From Candidatus Hermodarchaeota archaeon (GTDB lineage Archaea; Asgardarchaeota; Hermodarchaeia; Hermodarchaeales; Hermodarchaeaceae): a DNA stretch of 64,000 nt. The DNA lies in assembly GCA_016839805.1 (NCBI GenBank), contig JAEOTO010000032.1:160001-224000 (forward strand), written 5' to 3'. The position numbers were made by a program, and so were the translations under genes. The notes below the pieces were generated by a model. The model did not search any database, was not told the DNA's origin, and saw only the letters and a program-made list of their open reading frames with translations. This document shows, piece by piece, positions 29,790 to 39,915 of the stretch; positions within the stretch are counted from its first letter, which is position 1, and each line of letters begins with the position of its first letter.

Positions 29790-31064
29790 TTAGCCACCTA
29801 CCTTCCTTTTTTCAATTTGTAACTCTAATTCATTCTCTAGAACTGCTGCAGGGATATCCGGAAGTCCAATCAGAGTGGTTTTTCCACGTTGCCCAATCCC
29901 AGAAATCTTTGAAGTTAAAATTCCCAACCCGACAAGTTCCTGAATATATGCCCATACTTGAGTATGAGATCGAGGAGTTTGGTTATACTCTTCACTAACA
30001 AGACCATAACGAGCTTCCAACGCACCAGTTGTCACGTAAGCGTCTTCGGATGGTTTTAATAACCTACACACAGCAAGCAGCAGGAGTTTCTGATGGAACG
30101 ATAAGTCCATGAGGACCTCTCGTCGTATTTCAGGCGTGATAAAGGCCTTCGCACTTCGTACATATTCAGGAAGTATACGAAGAACCCCCTTTTCATCAGC
30201 AACTTTCCCTGCATTATACAGGAGTTCAAGGGCGTATCGAGCATCTCCTGATGCACTCGCGATATCGGCAATCAGATCAATTGTACTTGGAGGAACTGCT
30301 CCATCCAGAACCGCGGCTTTTATGCGAAAATTAAGGATGTCTTGAAGCTGAAGAGGATTGTAACGATTAAACTGTATCATATTCTTCTGCAATGTGCTCC
30401 ACGTACTTGGATCAAGTATGTAACCAAATAGCGGATTACGGCTTATCCCGATTAGTGATATTCGCTGTTGCGCATTCAGCTGATCATCAACCGTACGTGA
30501 TAATAGATAGAGAAGCTCTTCACCACGCCGTTTAAGAAATACACCAAGCTCGTCTAGCGTGATAAGTAGATACAAGTTATGCGTCTCAATGAACTCTAGG
30601 ACAATCGAGAGGAGTTCTTGTGTGGAAAGTCCTCGGAGCGGAACACCCGTTTGGAGTGCCGCGAGAATTTTGTTTAAGATCATATATTCTGTCCGTTCAC
30701 GCCGCGCATTAACGTGAACATAGACCAGATTGAATCCATGGCTCTTTGCGATCTCGGTCAACAGCTTTCCAAAGAGCTTAGTAACTGAAGTCTTTCCCGA
30801 ACCTGTATCACCGACAATCAGAACTTTCTGTGAGAAACGACCCGGCGCTTCGATTACACCACGAAATAGCTGGGTTAACTTACGTAAATGCTCTTCACGG
30901 TGAGGAAGATTGGGAGGAACATAGTCGATAGAGAGCTTTGCTTCATCGATGAACACAGATGGGCGTTGTAATTCATGCCGAATAATTTCCGTTCCAGATC
31001 CCCCCTGCCTTCTCGATCGCAAGTAAAGGTGTCTTTCGATTCCTCCAGCACACGGATTCAGCAC
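29790..31064 (-). CDS. cdc6: Cdc6/Orc1 paralog
   Basis: DYVPPNLPHREE, GDTGSGKT, LDEL, GDARYAL, C-terminal wHTH RGKTT; exact start uncertain. Confidence 0.93.
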   Translation of the reverse strand: MLNPCAGGIERHLYLRSRRQGGSGTEIIRHELQRPSVFIDEAKLSIDYVPPNLPHREEHLRKLTQLFRGVIEAPGRFSQKVLIVGDTGSGKTSVTKLFGKLLTEIAKSHGFNLVYVHVNARRERTEYMILNKILAALQTGVPLRGLSTQELLSIVLEFIETHNLYLLITLDELGVFLKRRGEELLYLLSRTVDDQLNAQQRISLIGISRNPLFGYILDPSTWSTLQKNMIQFNRYNPLQLQDILNFRIKAAVLDGAVPPSTIDLIADIASASGDARYALELLYNAGKVADEKGVLRILPEYVRSAKAFITPEIRREVLMDLSFHQKLLLLAVCRLLKPSEDAYVTTGALEARYGLVSEEYNQTPRSHTQVWAYIQELVGLGILTSKISGIGQRGKTTLIGLPDIPAAVLENELELQIEKRKVGG

Positions 31065-31570
31065 TCTTTCGCAACCAGTATTCCCAGTGGAGTCGTGCTG
31101 ACCACATTGAATTAGTTATTTCATTGTGTGCTCTCCATTCGATTTGGCACTCTCTCACAGAACAAAGAGATTCAGATGAGTCATGAAAGGACCCCCAAGG
31201 GTGTGCCACCACCCCGCTAACGTGTCCTCCGCAGAACCCACCTATGTTTCCAACCCCTACTACATCATGATGTGCTTCTAATCCACATTCACTAAACTTG
31301 AACAGCCTCCAGAACAGGTATCAGACGAAGCTAATGCAAAGGTGTTGGTTCGTCGCATGATTTTTCCCTTCATTCGCCGCACTTTGTTATTCAGAGATTA
31401 GCAGTTTTCCCGACTGCTATACAAGCCTATTCATTACCCGAATGAATTCGAGGACCTTTTGGTATTCGCTGTATTCAGAAAATAGAGCGGGTGTAATAAA
31501 AGAGCAGACAGAGTTGGAGATAAGTGAAAAGAAATCAAAATGCAAGTTCCTTTGATTAGGACATCACCAT

Positions 31571-32110
31571 TCATTCGTTGGTTGTAGGTCCGGAAAAGAC
31601 TCGTGTTTGCAGATATTCGCTCAACACTGTTAGAGCATAACTTGCTAACCGCGAATTATCACACTGACTATACTTATGCCTTCGAAGTTGTGCGGCATTT
31701 AGAATTCGGTTAAGTGTGGTGAAGATTTCACGAGAATCGTTCATGAAGATGGAGATTCGATCTTCGGGAATATCTATTTGTTTCTCAAATGACACTCGAC
31801 CCCTCCAACCCTCATCAAAGAAAAGTATGAGGAACCCAAGAGCAACAACACCTGTTATCAGATATCGCATTTCAACCGGAGTAGCAGGAAGAGAAACCCC
31901 GGCTTGGTCACTTAAAAAAATGATCAATTCCGAACCTGAGAAACTGATTGCAATAATGGCGAGGCCAACAAGAGTAAACATTACACGGATACGTCGACGG
32001 GTATAGATATCATTGATGATTGTATCAATGAAAAGAAACTCGCCAACTAACGGATATAGAAGAAAAAGAAGAGCAGCTCGCATACCCGAAACTGGTTTTG
32101 ATCTAACCAT
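31571..32110 (-). CDS. Hypothetical membrane protein
   Basis: 179 aa with three hydrophobic helices. Confidence 0.6.
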   Translation of the reverse strand: MVRSKPVSGMRAALLFLLYPLVGEFLFIDTIINDIYTRRRIRVMFTLVGLAIIAISFSGSELIIFLSDQAGVSLPATPVEMRYLITGVVALGFLILFFDEGWRGRVSFEKQIDIPEDRISIFMNDSREIFTTLNRILNAAQLRRHKYSQCDNSRLASYALTVLSEYLQTRVFSGPTTNE

Positions 32111-32216
32111 ATACTTCTCCCTTATTCACCGATTTACTTAGTATAGGGAATACTAGAGTAAAGAATATATAGCGTTCGTATGGTCTAAATCACGCTTATT
32201 GTAACATGATGGTGAG

Positions 32217-32651
32217 ATGATGTCAGAACTCTGGTGGCCTAAATTCATTCGAAGACCCCGCCTACGAATACGTAGACCTCAATTTCGTGACGTCCAGATG
32301 CCTTCCAAGTGGATCATCTTCGCTACGGCTCTTGGAATTTATTATTTCATAGTAAGTGGGGGTATGTTTACTTTATCATATCAACCTGAACCCTTCTTTC
32401 AAACTTCTGAAGGGCCTCTTTTGCTCTATCCTAGCATTCATCGTCAGTTTCTGATTGAAGGTATTGTTGGAGGAGCCATCTATTTCATGGGTTTTCTTGG
32501 ATTTTATCTTATGTACCAAAGCACCAGGAATATTTATCGACCTCGCTACTCACAGATGATGTTAGCGTCAGGATTAGTTCTAATCCTTATATCTTTCTTT
32601 GGCTGTCAATGGCTAGTTAACATGAAAATATTTTTTGCCGGCGCGATGTAG
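32217..32651 (+). CDS. Oligosaccharyltransferase accessory subunit (OSTC/DC2, OST3/OST6 family)
   Basis: Three TMs with YYFIVSGG...QFLIEG motifs matching the DC2/OST3-6 C-terminal pattern. Confidence 0.75.
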   Translation: MMSELWWPKFIRRPRLRIRRPQFRDVQMPSKWIIFATALGIYYFIVSGGMFTLSYQPEPFFQTSEGPLLLYPSIHRQFLIEGIVGGAIYFMGFLGFYLMYQSTRNIYRPRYSQMMLASGLVLILISFFGCQWLVNMKIFFAGAM

Positions 32652-32662
32652 AATAATTGAGT

Positions 32663-33229
32663 TTACCAAGGAACATCTTTCACTCTCAATAGATATCCTA
32701 CCACATTCGCTAATAGATGGATCAATGGGGTCACGATAAGTAAGAATAGGGCTATAATAAACGGGAGGGGTGTAATGAGAATTCCAAAAATCATTGCAGC
32801 CACTAGGAAATCTAATTGATCAATTACTGGTGCCGGTCGTCCTCTGGCGATATTCAAGCGCCGTTTAATGAATGAACCGATTAAATCTCCAACTAATGCA
32901 CCCAATGCTACTAGAAATACAAGTGGAACCGACAATAATACAATGGGGTACAACTCCGGTGGTAAAACAAGATATTGTTCAATCAAAGCTAGTAAAAATG
33001 GTGCGGCTAATACTTGAAGAATTCCGAATAAGAACCCAGAGGTTAATCCACAGAAAAAACCTTCCCAAGTCTTTCCAGGACCTAGAATTCTCCGTTCGTC
33101 AATGAACAGACGCCCACCATCAATAGAGTGTTTTGATTTAATCAGCCTTCCAAATACAGCAAATCCATTGGCAATGTACGCAGGAAAAATATACCAAAAA
33201 CCAAGTAATAGAAAAATTGGATGAAGCAT
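32663..33229 (-). CDS. carS: CDP-archaeol synthase
   Basis: PAYIANG, IDGGR, GPGKTWEG, GDLIGSFIKRR, DQLDF. Confidence 0.93.
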   Translation of the reverse strand: MLHPIFLLLGFWYIFPAYIANGFAVFGRLIKSKHSIDGGRLFIDERRILGPGKTWEGFFCGLTSGFLFGILQVLAAPFLLALIEQYLVLPPELYPIVLLSVPLVFLVALGALVGDLIGSFIKRRLNIARGRPAPVIDQLDFLVAAMIFGILITPLPFIIALFLLIVTPLIHLLANVVGYLLRVKDVPW

Positions 33230-33248
33230 TGGTTTTCACTAACCCAGA

Positions 33249-33941
33249 TTATCTAAACCCTGTTGACTGTAATTGTAGTGTGAAGATTTCAGGTTCTCCC
33301 GCTTCTTCATCTTTAATCAACTTAAATTCTCTATGACCCTTCGATTTTGCTCTTGTAATTTGAAGTGAATAGGTACTCCAATAGGAACTGATAGAATAAG
33401 CCACCGGTTGAAATTCATTCTCCCCACCAATATCACCCCGAACCTGATTGACCACAATAACTGAAAACGATCGTGATCGCGCTAAATTTGTGATCATACC
33501 GAATTGTTGATTCAACCTACGGTTAAGAACCAGATTATCAGACGCTTGTCGATACTCTTTACGATATAATGAGACAATTGTATCAAAAACAAGTAGCTGA
33601 ACATCAGGTGTAAGCAAGGATTCTAATCTAGACACCAAAAGTGCTTGTTCAGTAAAACTAGTTGGGGACACAACGGTAATCAGGGGCGCAATATTTTCAA
33701 ACTCTTCTGGAACCAATTGTTTCAATCTTATAATGGGAAATTTACCTTCAGGATAGACGTAAAAAACACGAAAATTTTTGCGAGCCGCATTAATCGAAAA
33801 TTGGAGCGCAAGTGTTGTTTTGCCCACACCCCCAGGACCATAGACGTGTAATATTTCAGTGCTTCTTAACCCCCCTCCTAATAACTCATCTAATACGGTG
33901 GCCCCAGAGAATATCAGTTGATTTGAAGGCATTGCACACAC
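33249..33941 (-). CDS. radB: DNA repair protein RadB
   Basis: LDELLGGGL, YGPGGVGKTT, VVNQVR; short RecA core without the RadA N-terminal domain. Confidence 0.8.
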   Translation of the reverse strand: MCAMPSNQLIFSGATVLDELLGGGLRSTEILHVYGPGGVGKTTLALQFSINAARKNFRVFYVYPEGKFPIIRLKQLVPEEFENIAPLITVVSPTSFTEQALLVSRLESLLTPDVQLLVFDTIVSLYRKEYRQASDNLVLNRRLNQQFGMITNLARSRSFSVIVVNQVRGDIGGENEFQPVAYSISSYWSTYSLQITRAKSKGHREFKLIKDEEAGEPEIFTLQLQSTGFR

Positions 33942-33947
33942 CTAAAG

Positions 33948-33983
33948 TTCAATGAAATCAATGAAATTATTATTATTAATGAT
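33948..33983. repeat. Phased 9-bp WTCAWTGAW array (site A)
   Basis: TTCAATGAA ATCAATGAA ATTATTATT ATTAATGAT. Confidence 0.7.
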
Positions 33984-33997
33984 ACAATAGGAGAGGG

Positions 33998-35905
33998 TTA
34001 TTGGTTATAAAATGATTTCAATAATTTAAAGAGATGACCATCCTCGTCTTTTGAACGCTTTAAATTTTGGAGAATCCAACTAGGTAATAAACTATGACAA
34101 TAAGGCGTTGAATATCTATCATCTAAAAAGACAATAGCACCGAAATCTTCCAGCCTTCGAACCGAACGACCAGCAGCCTGCGAAGCAGCCCGCATAGCAG
34201 GCAACTGGTACCCATATAACCGTCCCTTCTTGGGAAATTGACGTTCGAAATAATCAACCCGAGTAATCTCACGTGGGCTAGGTCTGGCGTAAGGTACTCC
34301 AACAACGACAACCGTCTCCATCTCCCATCCCGGATAATCCTCACCCTCACTGTTTCGACCCCCAAGCACACCCAATAGTACAGCTCCATCACTAGCCTTT
34401 CTTTTAAATTCCTGAACTAACCGATCATTCTCACTGGATGAAAGACCAGGTTGTTCTACAAAGAGATCGCGATTAACGCCCGAATCCAATCCAGCAATAA
34501 GCAAGGATTGTAGAACTGCGTATGAGGGCACAAAAATCCCAACGTTATGAGGTGTTGCATGACATACTTCAATAAGCCTTTGAGTTATTTTCTCATACAT
34601 TGATGGAGTCCTATACTTCATTGCAGTTGTTACTCCCAAGCTAATTACAGGAAAGATTTGAACGTCATTAAAGGGTGAAGGCAGAGTAAGCATCCGTGTC
34701 TTTTCAGGTAACCCGACTAAGTCGATATGAGCACCAATTGGTTGTAATGTTCCAGATAAATGAACAGAGGCATGACATGAATTTAATATCGAAGCCGTTA
34801 CCGATCTAGGATCCAATGCAATTAACTCAAATCGATTTGCTGAACGAGTAGAGCTATTCTTTATCAAAAAAAATGCTGCATCTGATCTGCTTGAGAAATA
34901 ACACCACCTAACGAAAAACTTACCCAAGGAATGAATATAGCTAATAGGGGGCCTACCTTCAACTAGAAATTTATTCACTAGCTTTTCTCCGGTTTTCAAC
35001 AGCTTCGATGAAAAGGATTCTATATTCGCAATATTCATTGAACGTTGAATTTGTAAATTAAATTTCTCAGGATCTAGTTTAATTTCCCCTTTACCATTTT
35101 CTTCATCAAACAATTTTTCTAGGACTACACCAAAATTGCTTACGGTGGATAAGCGATAGCGTTTTGCTTCATTTACTGCCTGGCGAATAGAATTAATCGA
35201 TAGCTTTGCTGAAGCGATTTCTACTGCAATACGAGGTAAATTATGAGCTTCGTCGATGAGAAGTATTGTGTTTGAGAAAGGTCGTGCAAACGCCTCAAAA
35301 AATGAATTATTTATCTGTGGGTCGAAAACCTGATAATAACTCGTAGCAACAATTGTTACAAATGGTAATAATCGTTTAGACAGTTCATATGGACAAATTT
35401 GTTCATTATGGCATTTTTTACGTAGTTCCAACCCGGTTAACGGAGAAGTACAAAAACTGTTGAAGAAATGACGATTGCGTTTAATCTTTTTCGAGAGGTT
35501 ATTATACAGAGCACACCTTCCTGAGCGCTTTAATTGGCTGCATATGAACATAGCAAGCTGAGCATTAAATGCATATTTCTGTACCAGGGGATTCAAACAC
35601 GATGATGTTCTACCACGTAACACTACACCACTAAATCCATTCGACTTCGATAAGGGTAGTAACTCTTGCATTACCCGATCCAGTTGTTTGTGAGTCCTAG
35701 CAACATATATTATTCCAAAATTCCTTTTTTCTAACAGTGGTAGAACGCCTGATAACGCCGCTATTGTTTTTCCAAATCCGTTTGCCGCTTCAACACATAG
35801 ATGGTTCCCAGCTGCAACATCTTCTCGAATTGCTTCTATGAGGGTAAGTTGACCGGGTCGAGGAGACGTATAAGGGAAATATGGATTAGTATGATAGGAA
35901 GACAT
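33998..35905 (-). CDS. xpd: XPD/Rad3/DinG family Fe-S helicase
   Basis: RPGQ, EAANGFGKT, four Cys ligands, IDEAHNL, SGTL, SEGEDY, QAAGRSVR. Confidence 0.9.
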   Translation of the reverse strand: MSSYHTNPYFPYTSPRPGQLTLIEAIREDVAAGNHLCVEAANGFGKTIAALSGVLPLLEKRNFGIIYVARTHKQLDRVMQELLPLSKSNGFSGVVLRGRTSSCLNPLVQKYAFNAQLAMFICSQLKRSGRCALYNNLSKKIKRNRHFFNSFCTSPLTGLELRKKCHNEQICPYELSKRLLPFVTIVATSYYQVFDPQINNSFFEAFARPFSNTILLIDEAHNLPRIAVEIASAKLSINSIRQAVNEAKRYRLSTVSNFGVVLEKLFDEENGKGEIKLDPEKFNLQIQRSMNIANIESFSSKLLKTGEKLVNKFLVEGRPPISYIHSLGKFFVRWCYFSSRSDAAFFLIKNSSTRSANRFELIALDPRSVTASILNSCHASVHLSGTLQPIGAHIDLVGLPEKTRMLTLPSPFNDVQIFPVISLGVTTAMKYRTPSMYEKITQRLIEVCHATPHNVGIFVPSYAVLQSLLIAGLDSGVNRDLFVEQPGLSSSENDRLVQEFKRKASDGAVLLGVLGGRNSEGEDYPGWEMETVVVVGVPYARPSPREITRVDYFERQFPKKGRLYGYQLPAMRAASQAAGRSVRRLEDFGAIVFLDDRYSTPYCHSLLPSWILQNLKRSKDEDGHLFKLLKSFYNQ

Positions 35906-35976
35906 TGGTTAATTCTCATCATTTGATATACCCAAAGGATAAAAACCTCATACAACACCCAATGAACGCAAAGCAC

Positions 35977-36012
35977 TTCATTGAGTTCAATATATTTAAT
36001 GAAATTAATGAG
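35977..36012. repeat. Phased 9-bp array (site B)
   Basis: TTCATTGAG TTCAATATA TTTAATGAA ATTAATGAG. Confidence 0.7.
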
Positions 36013-36065
36013 ATATAGATTTGGACCCTGCAAATTATTTACCGACGGATTTTTTAGTATAATGA

Positions 36066-36617
36066 ATGAACCGTATACAAAACTGTATCCGTGGAGATAA
36101 TGAGTTGACTGAAAAAAACGAAACAACAGAAACGCGTTCTTGGACCCGCAGAATGCTAGGAGACCCGATTACTAAGCTTCTTGCAGACCACAGTAACCTT
36201 ACTCCAGTACAACTTGAAACCCTTGTTATCGACTATCTAATGGACGGGTTTAGTGGAAAACAGCTTGATTATGAAACAAAAGCCACTTTACGAGAAGTCA
36301 AGCCTGCTTATCAAAGACAGAAAGGCGTTAGTAGAGGTGCATTCAATCGGTCTCTTGCCCAAGCTCGAAAGAACGTGACAAAATCGATCTTTACATTAGT
36401 ACTTCTAGGCTATTTAGGACTCTTCGACACTCCATCACTCAAACGTTATCAAGACCTTTCTGATAATATTCGAAGCTTTGCGCGGGAATATGACAAAGTT
36501 GCGACAACGAAAGAAAAACCAACTGACACTCATATTAATACTCTCAAACAGGCACAAGAAAGAATTCTTAAACTCATTGAGACCCTAGCTCAACCTGTCG
36601 CCCTAAAGCCTGAATAA
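36066..36617 (+). CDS. Conserved archaeal hypothetical protein, probable HTH
   Basis: SNLTPVQLE...GVSRGAFNRSLAQARKN HTH-like segment. Confidence 0.65.
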   Translation: MNRIQNCIRGDNELTEKNETTETRSWTRRMLGDPITKLLADHSNLTPVQLETLVIDYLMDGFSGKQLDYETKATLREVKPAYQRQKGVSRGAFNRSLAQARKNVTKSIFTLVLLGYLGLFDTPSLKRYQDLSDNIRSFAREYDKVATTKEKPTDTHINTLKQAQERILKLIETLAQPVALKPE

Positions 36618-36622
36618 GGAAA

Positions 36623-36640
36623 CTCAATGAATTCAATGAT
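36623..36640. repeat. 9-bp array (site C), between convergent genes
   Basis: CTCAATGAA TTCAATGAT. Confidence 0.65.
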
Positions 36641-36665
36641 TTTTATAAAATGAATCTAGTGATCT

Positions 36666-37265
36666 TTACTTAGTCATAGTGTAAACAAGGTTTTCCCCAC
36701 TGGGAGTACATTCAATACGTTCGGGAGTTTTCATTAAATACCCCATTTTTGTTAGATAATCTAACGCATCGTTGATAAAACCGGCGTCAAACCCATGATT
36801 AAAAAGAGAGTCTTCTTGAGAAACTCCACCTAATCGTTCTAATAGAACTAACACAGATAGGTAGCCAAATTGATTGATTAGTTGACTTGCAGCTATAGCT
36901 TCGTTGTCCTGAGATCCTGGCCAGAAAGAGATCGGTATCCAACCAATGAAATGATAGAATAACACTTCACCAAAAGCCCTTAACAATTTAAGGATAGGTT
37001 CTTCCGTTCCAGGTTGCACAGCTAATACACTTTTACCTAATTTCGCATGCGGGACCTGATCTAACACCCCCTCATAATAATAAGTACGAGTAACAACTTG
37101 ACCGGATTTCAACTGCTGTTTGATTTGCTGTCTATAACCATATAATTCCCGAAAAAACCGAGTCTTCCGAGACTGATTAGCACCCTTAGGCTGTTTGAAA
37201 TCAAAGGAGATTACACACAATCTTCTCTTAGGTATAGTTTGCATAGCTAATCCCTCAAGTATCAC
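36666..37265 (-). CDS. Cas2/VapD-like ferredoxin-fold domain plus C-terminal wHTH (hypothetical)
   Basis: ISFDF...FFRELYGY...GVL...LGKSV pattern; C-terminal LDYLTKMGYL...TPSGE. Confidence 0.5.
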   Translation of the reverse strand: MILEGLAMQTIPKRRLCVISFDFKQPKGANQSRKTRFFRELYGYRQQIKQQLKSGQVVTRTYYYEGVLDQVPHAKLGKSVLAVQPGTEEPILKLLRAFGEVLFYHFIGWIPISFWPGSQDNEAIAASQLINQFGYLSVLVLLERLGGVSQEDSLFNHGFDAGFINDALDYLTKMGYLMKTPERIECTPSGENLVYTMTK

Positions 37266-37318
37266 AAGCTAATATCAACACTTAACAGTACTTACCCTAA
37301 AAAATCAAGTCATGGAAA

Positions 37319-37364
37319 ATTAGTGAACTCATTATATTTCAATAATTTCATTAATTTTAATGAA
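37319..37364. repeat. Phased 9-bp array (site D)
   Basis: ATTAGTGAA CTCATTATA T TTCAATAAT TTCATTAAT TTTAATGAA. Confidence 0.65.
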
Positions 37365-37406
37365 ATTACCATTTTTAAGGAAACATATACGTTAGACGAA
37401 CACAAT

Positions 37407-37787
37407 TCAAGATTTGTCCTTAAGCTTTTCATAGATTTCAGGAAATGCTGATCTTATTTTCTCCTCAACCGCCTTTGCGATGAATCGTGATTTCCCACCA
37501 AACCCACTATAAGGACCTTCACCTTTTTTCGTAGCTTCAAGAGCAATAAAATCCAAAGCCACCTTTATCCAACCTGGTACACTTGCACTAATTGTTTCCC
37601 GGCGATTATATTCTTCTTTGAGCCCAAGTCTCTTTAGACCCGATTCTCCGACACGAGATGGGAGATCATCTAGTTTAATAGGACCAGTATCCAACTCCGC
37701 AAAACGTCTTTTTGATTTGGGTTCTTTGCCCTTGTCTTTTTCTTTCTCTTTTTTCATTCGTTCTCTAACTAAATCCGTAGCTGACAT
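37407..37787 (-). CDS. Ribbon-helix-helix protein with a charged, disordered N-terminal tail
   Basis: ETISASVPGWIKVALD...KSRFIAKAVEEKI gives strand-helix-helix; K/E-rich N-terminus. Confidence 0.7.
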   Translation of the reverse strand: MSATDLVRERMKKEKEKDKGKEPKSKRRFAELDTGPIKLDDLPSRVGESGLKRLGLKEEYNRRETISASVPGWIKVALDFIALEATKKGEGPYSGFGGKSRFIAKAVEEKIRSAFPEIYEKLKDKS

Positions 37788-37800
37788 TCTTTATCTTACC

Positions 37801-39120
37801 TCACACAAATGTGGACCCTTTAGTCCAAAGCTCAGTGGCCTGTATTCGACCTGCCTCAGGACTATAGATTAGGCCTTGTTTTTCGAATAAATCGAAATCT
37901 TCCAACACGCTCTCCCATGAACGATTTTTACTTTCCAGCCATGTTTCAATTTCATCAAGTGACCGCGCTGTTGATAGAAACGCTAACAAATCGGTTTGAA
38001 ACTTATTGAATTCAGCTCGTGCTCGTTTAACTTCCTTTTGTACAAAATGTTGTACGTATTTAGCATCTATTTCATAGGCGGATAATACCTGATCCAAGCT
38101 ATAACCATCTTTAACCAGTACTTCCGCACCACGAATAGCGTCTTGAAGAGTCCTTAGTAATAATTCAAGCATTATACCGGGATTCCCACCAGAGTAATCG
38201 AAAATTCCTTCTAGTGCTCCAGCTGTAAATGGATGGAGAATTTCCTTTACAATTTCGGAATTCAAATTGATCCTCTTAGCCGTGTCATGTGGGAATCGAT
38301 CAAAGGAATCTTTCAGATAAGCAAGTCTCCATGCCATGACCTTGATTGCACTTGTTCTATTCATCCTACGCATATCATAAATTTCAACAAACCTTCTTCG
38401 GATAGCAGATTTTGATCCATGGCCAAGACTTTCACCAACCGAAGATAAGATTTCAAGCGTTTTCACCGCACTTTCACCTACACGAGTAATGACAGCTAAA
38501 GCAAGAACTAGATATCGCCGCCCATCTCGTGTCTTATCGTTGACCATTCGCAACAGGATATCAACAATTCTTACACGATTATCAGGCCTTTGCCTTTCTA
38601 ACTGCCTAAATTCATCAATTAGTAGGACATATGCAGTTCCGTTTTCTTCTGCGTCTGTTCTTAAAGCTAACAATAAGCGGGACAACCGTTTCGCTACTGA
38701 ACCACTACGAACTACTCTTACTCCCACGCGGTCAATCAAAAAATCACGAACCGTTTGCTCACCAATATTTGCATGAACAAGATCGTCAATAAGAGCATCA
38801 GCAGAACTTATTCCCTCGAGGCGAACAGCCCTAATGTTTGGTAAGCGATTCAATGATTGCTGAATCATTTCAAGAAAAGTAGTTTTCCCGGCACCCAAGG
38901 GACCTGATACGACTACACTCGCTGTTTGGTTACGAAGATAGTTAATCGCGCGTTTAATTGCCAAAGCCTCTTCTTCTGGTACAACATACAGGTCAGAAGA
39001 ATCAATACCGAACAACTCGATCCTTTCGTTCTTAAATCCCCATAAAGAAAGCATTTTTTGATCGAATTTTTGTGTCTGTTCTACTAGCCGATCCAGTTCA
39101 CTCAGACCTAACACACCCAA
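37801..39120 (-). CDS. AAA+ ATPase with C-terminal wHTH (Cdc6/ExeA-like architecture)
   Basis: SGPLGAGKTT, LLIDEF, AIRRRF, SGGNPG, C-terminal FEKQGLI. Confidence 0.8.
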   Translation of the reverse strand: MGVLGLSELDRLVEQTQKFDQKMLSLWGFKNERIELFGIDSSDLYVVPEEEALAIKRAINYLRNQTASVVVSGPLGAGKTTFLEMIQQSLNRLPNIRAVRLEGISSADALIDDLVHANIGEQTVRDFLIDRVGVRVVRSGSVAKRLSRLLLALRTDAEENGTAYVLLIDEFRQLERQRPDNRVRIVDILLRMVNDKTRDGRRYLVLALAVITRVGESAVKTLEILSSVGESLGHGSKSAIRRRFVEIYDMRRMNRTSAIKVMAWRLAYLKDSFDRFPHDTAKRINLNSEIVKEILHPFTAGALEGIFDYSGGNPGIMLELLLRTLQDAIRGAEVLVKDGYSLDQVLSAYEIDAKYVQHFVQKEVKRARAEFNKFQTDLLAFLSTARSLDEIETWLESKNRSWESVLEDFDLFEKQGLIYSPEAGRIQATELWTKGSTFV

Positions 39121-39192
39121 TTACATAGAAGAAAAGATGTGAGTACATACTATAAATTTATTGATAGCATTGGAAATCAATAAGTAATTAAA

Positions 39193-39210
39193 TTCAATGA
39201 ATTCATTGAA
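39193..39210. repeat. Perfect 18-bp palindrome of two 9-mers (site E), upstream of the ATPase-RHH operon
   Basis: TTCAATGAATTCATTGAA, with weaker units at 39157-39184. Confidence 0.75.
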
Positions 39211-39233
39211 AATTATAATAAACCACTTATTCG

Positions 39234-39824
39234 CTACCTTGTAAAGGCGATGATATCAATTTTTGTGATTATTCCGGCAGGTCTGTCTTCATCCATTACT
39301 AACAATGCCTCAACGCCTGAGGCTATTTTCGAAAAAGCAGTTTCGGCACTTTCATTGATATCAATTTTGGGAAAAGGGTCATCCATTATTTCATGAACTG
39401 ACAATGCAAAAACCTTCTGTGACTCCATTGTTGTTAGTCTGCGAAGAATGGTACCTTCGCTAATACTTCCAACAGTTATATTGCCTTTCATTACGGGAAG
39501 CTGGGAAATCCCTAATCGCCTCATAATAATAACCGCGCGCCGAACTTTTTCGTTTGGGCCTATGAAGACCAAAGGATGAAGTTTTGAAGTTTGCCCCTTC
39601 CACCTTAAAAGATCCCGAATGCTAGAGTGGGATTTTTTTTGGCTCTCTATTTCGACAAGAATGCGTTTCAATGTAGATACGCTCGGATTCACCTGCCCCT
39701 TTTCAATACGTGCTACTAAGGATTGGCTTATTCCAACACGTGCAGCAAGCTCCGCTTGTGTTAGACCCACCTTCTTTCGAAGTTCTTGTAATTCTTTAGG
39801 TGAGGGAACTCGATATTCAGCCAT
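39234..39824 (-). CDS. XRE-HTH plus CBS-pair regulator
   Basis: LRKKVGLTQAELAARVGISQSLVARIEKG, ISQLPV, GIITKID; start moved to MAEYRVP. Confidence 0.9.
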   Translation of the reverse strand: MAEYRVPSPKELQELRKKVGLTQAELAARVGISQSLVARIEKGQVNPSVSTLKRILVEIESQKKSHSSIRDLLRWKGQTSKLHPLVFIGPNEKVRRAVIIMRRLGISQLPVMKGNITVGSISEGTILRRLTTMESQKVFALSVHEIMDDPFPKIDINESAETAFSKIASGVEALLVMDEDRPAGIITKIDIIAFTR

Positions 39825-39915
39825 CTTAAAGCACGCACCACTAACATATACTACTGATAACAACTCCAAAAGAATTAATACCCTGCTTTTGCGGGTGAAT
39901 GGGGAGATGACACCG

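Noticed and set aside
36666-37364. CRISPR system suggested by the Cas2-like fold and nearby repeats
   Set aside because: The repeats are 9-bp tandem units without spacers, and there are no other cas genes.
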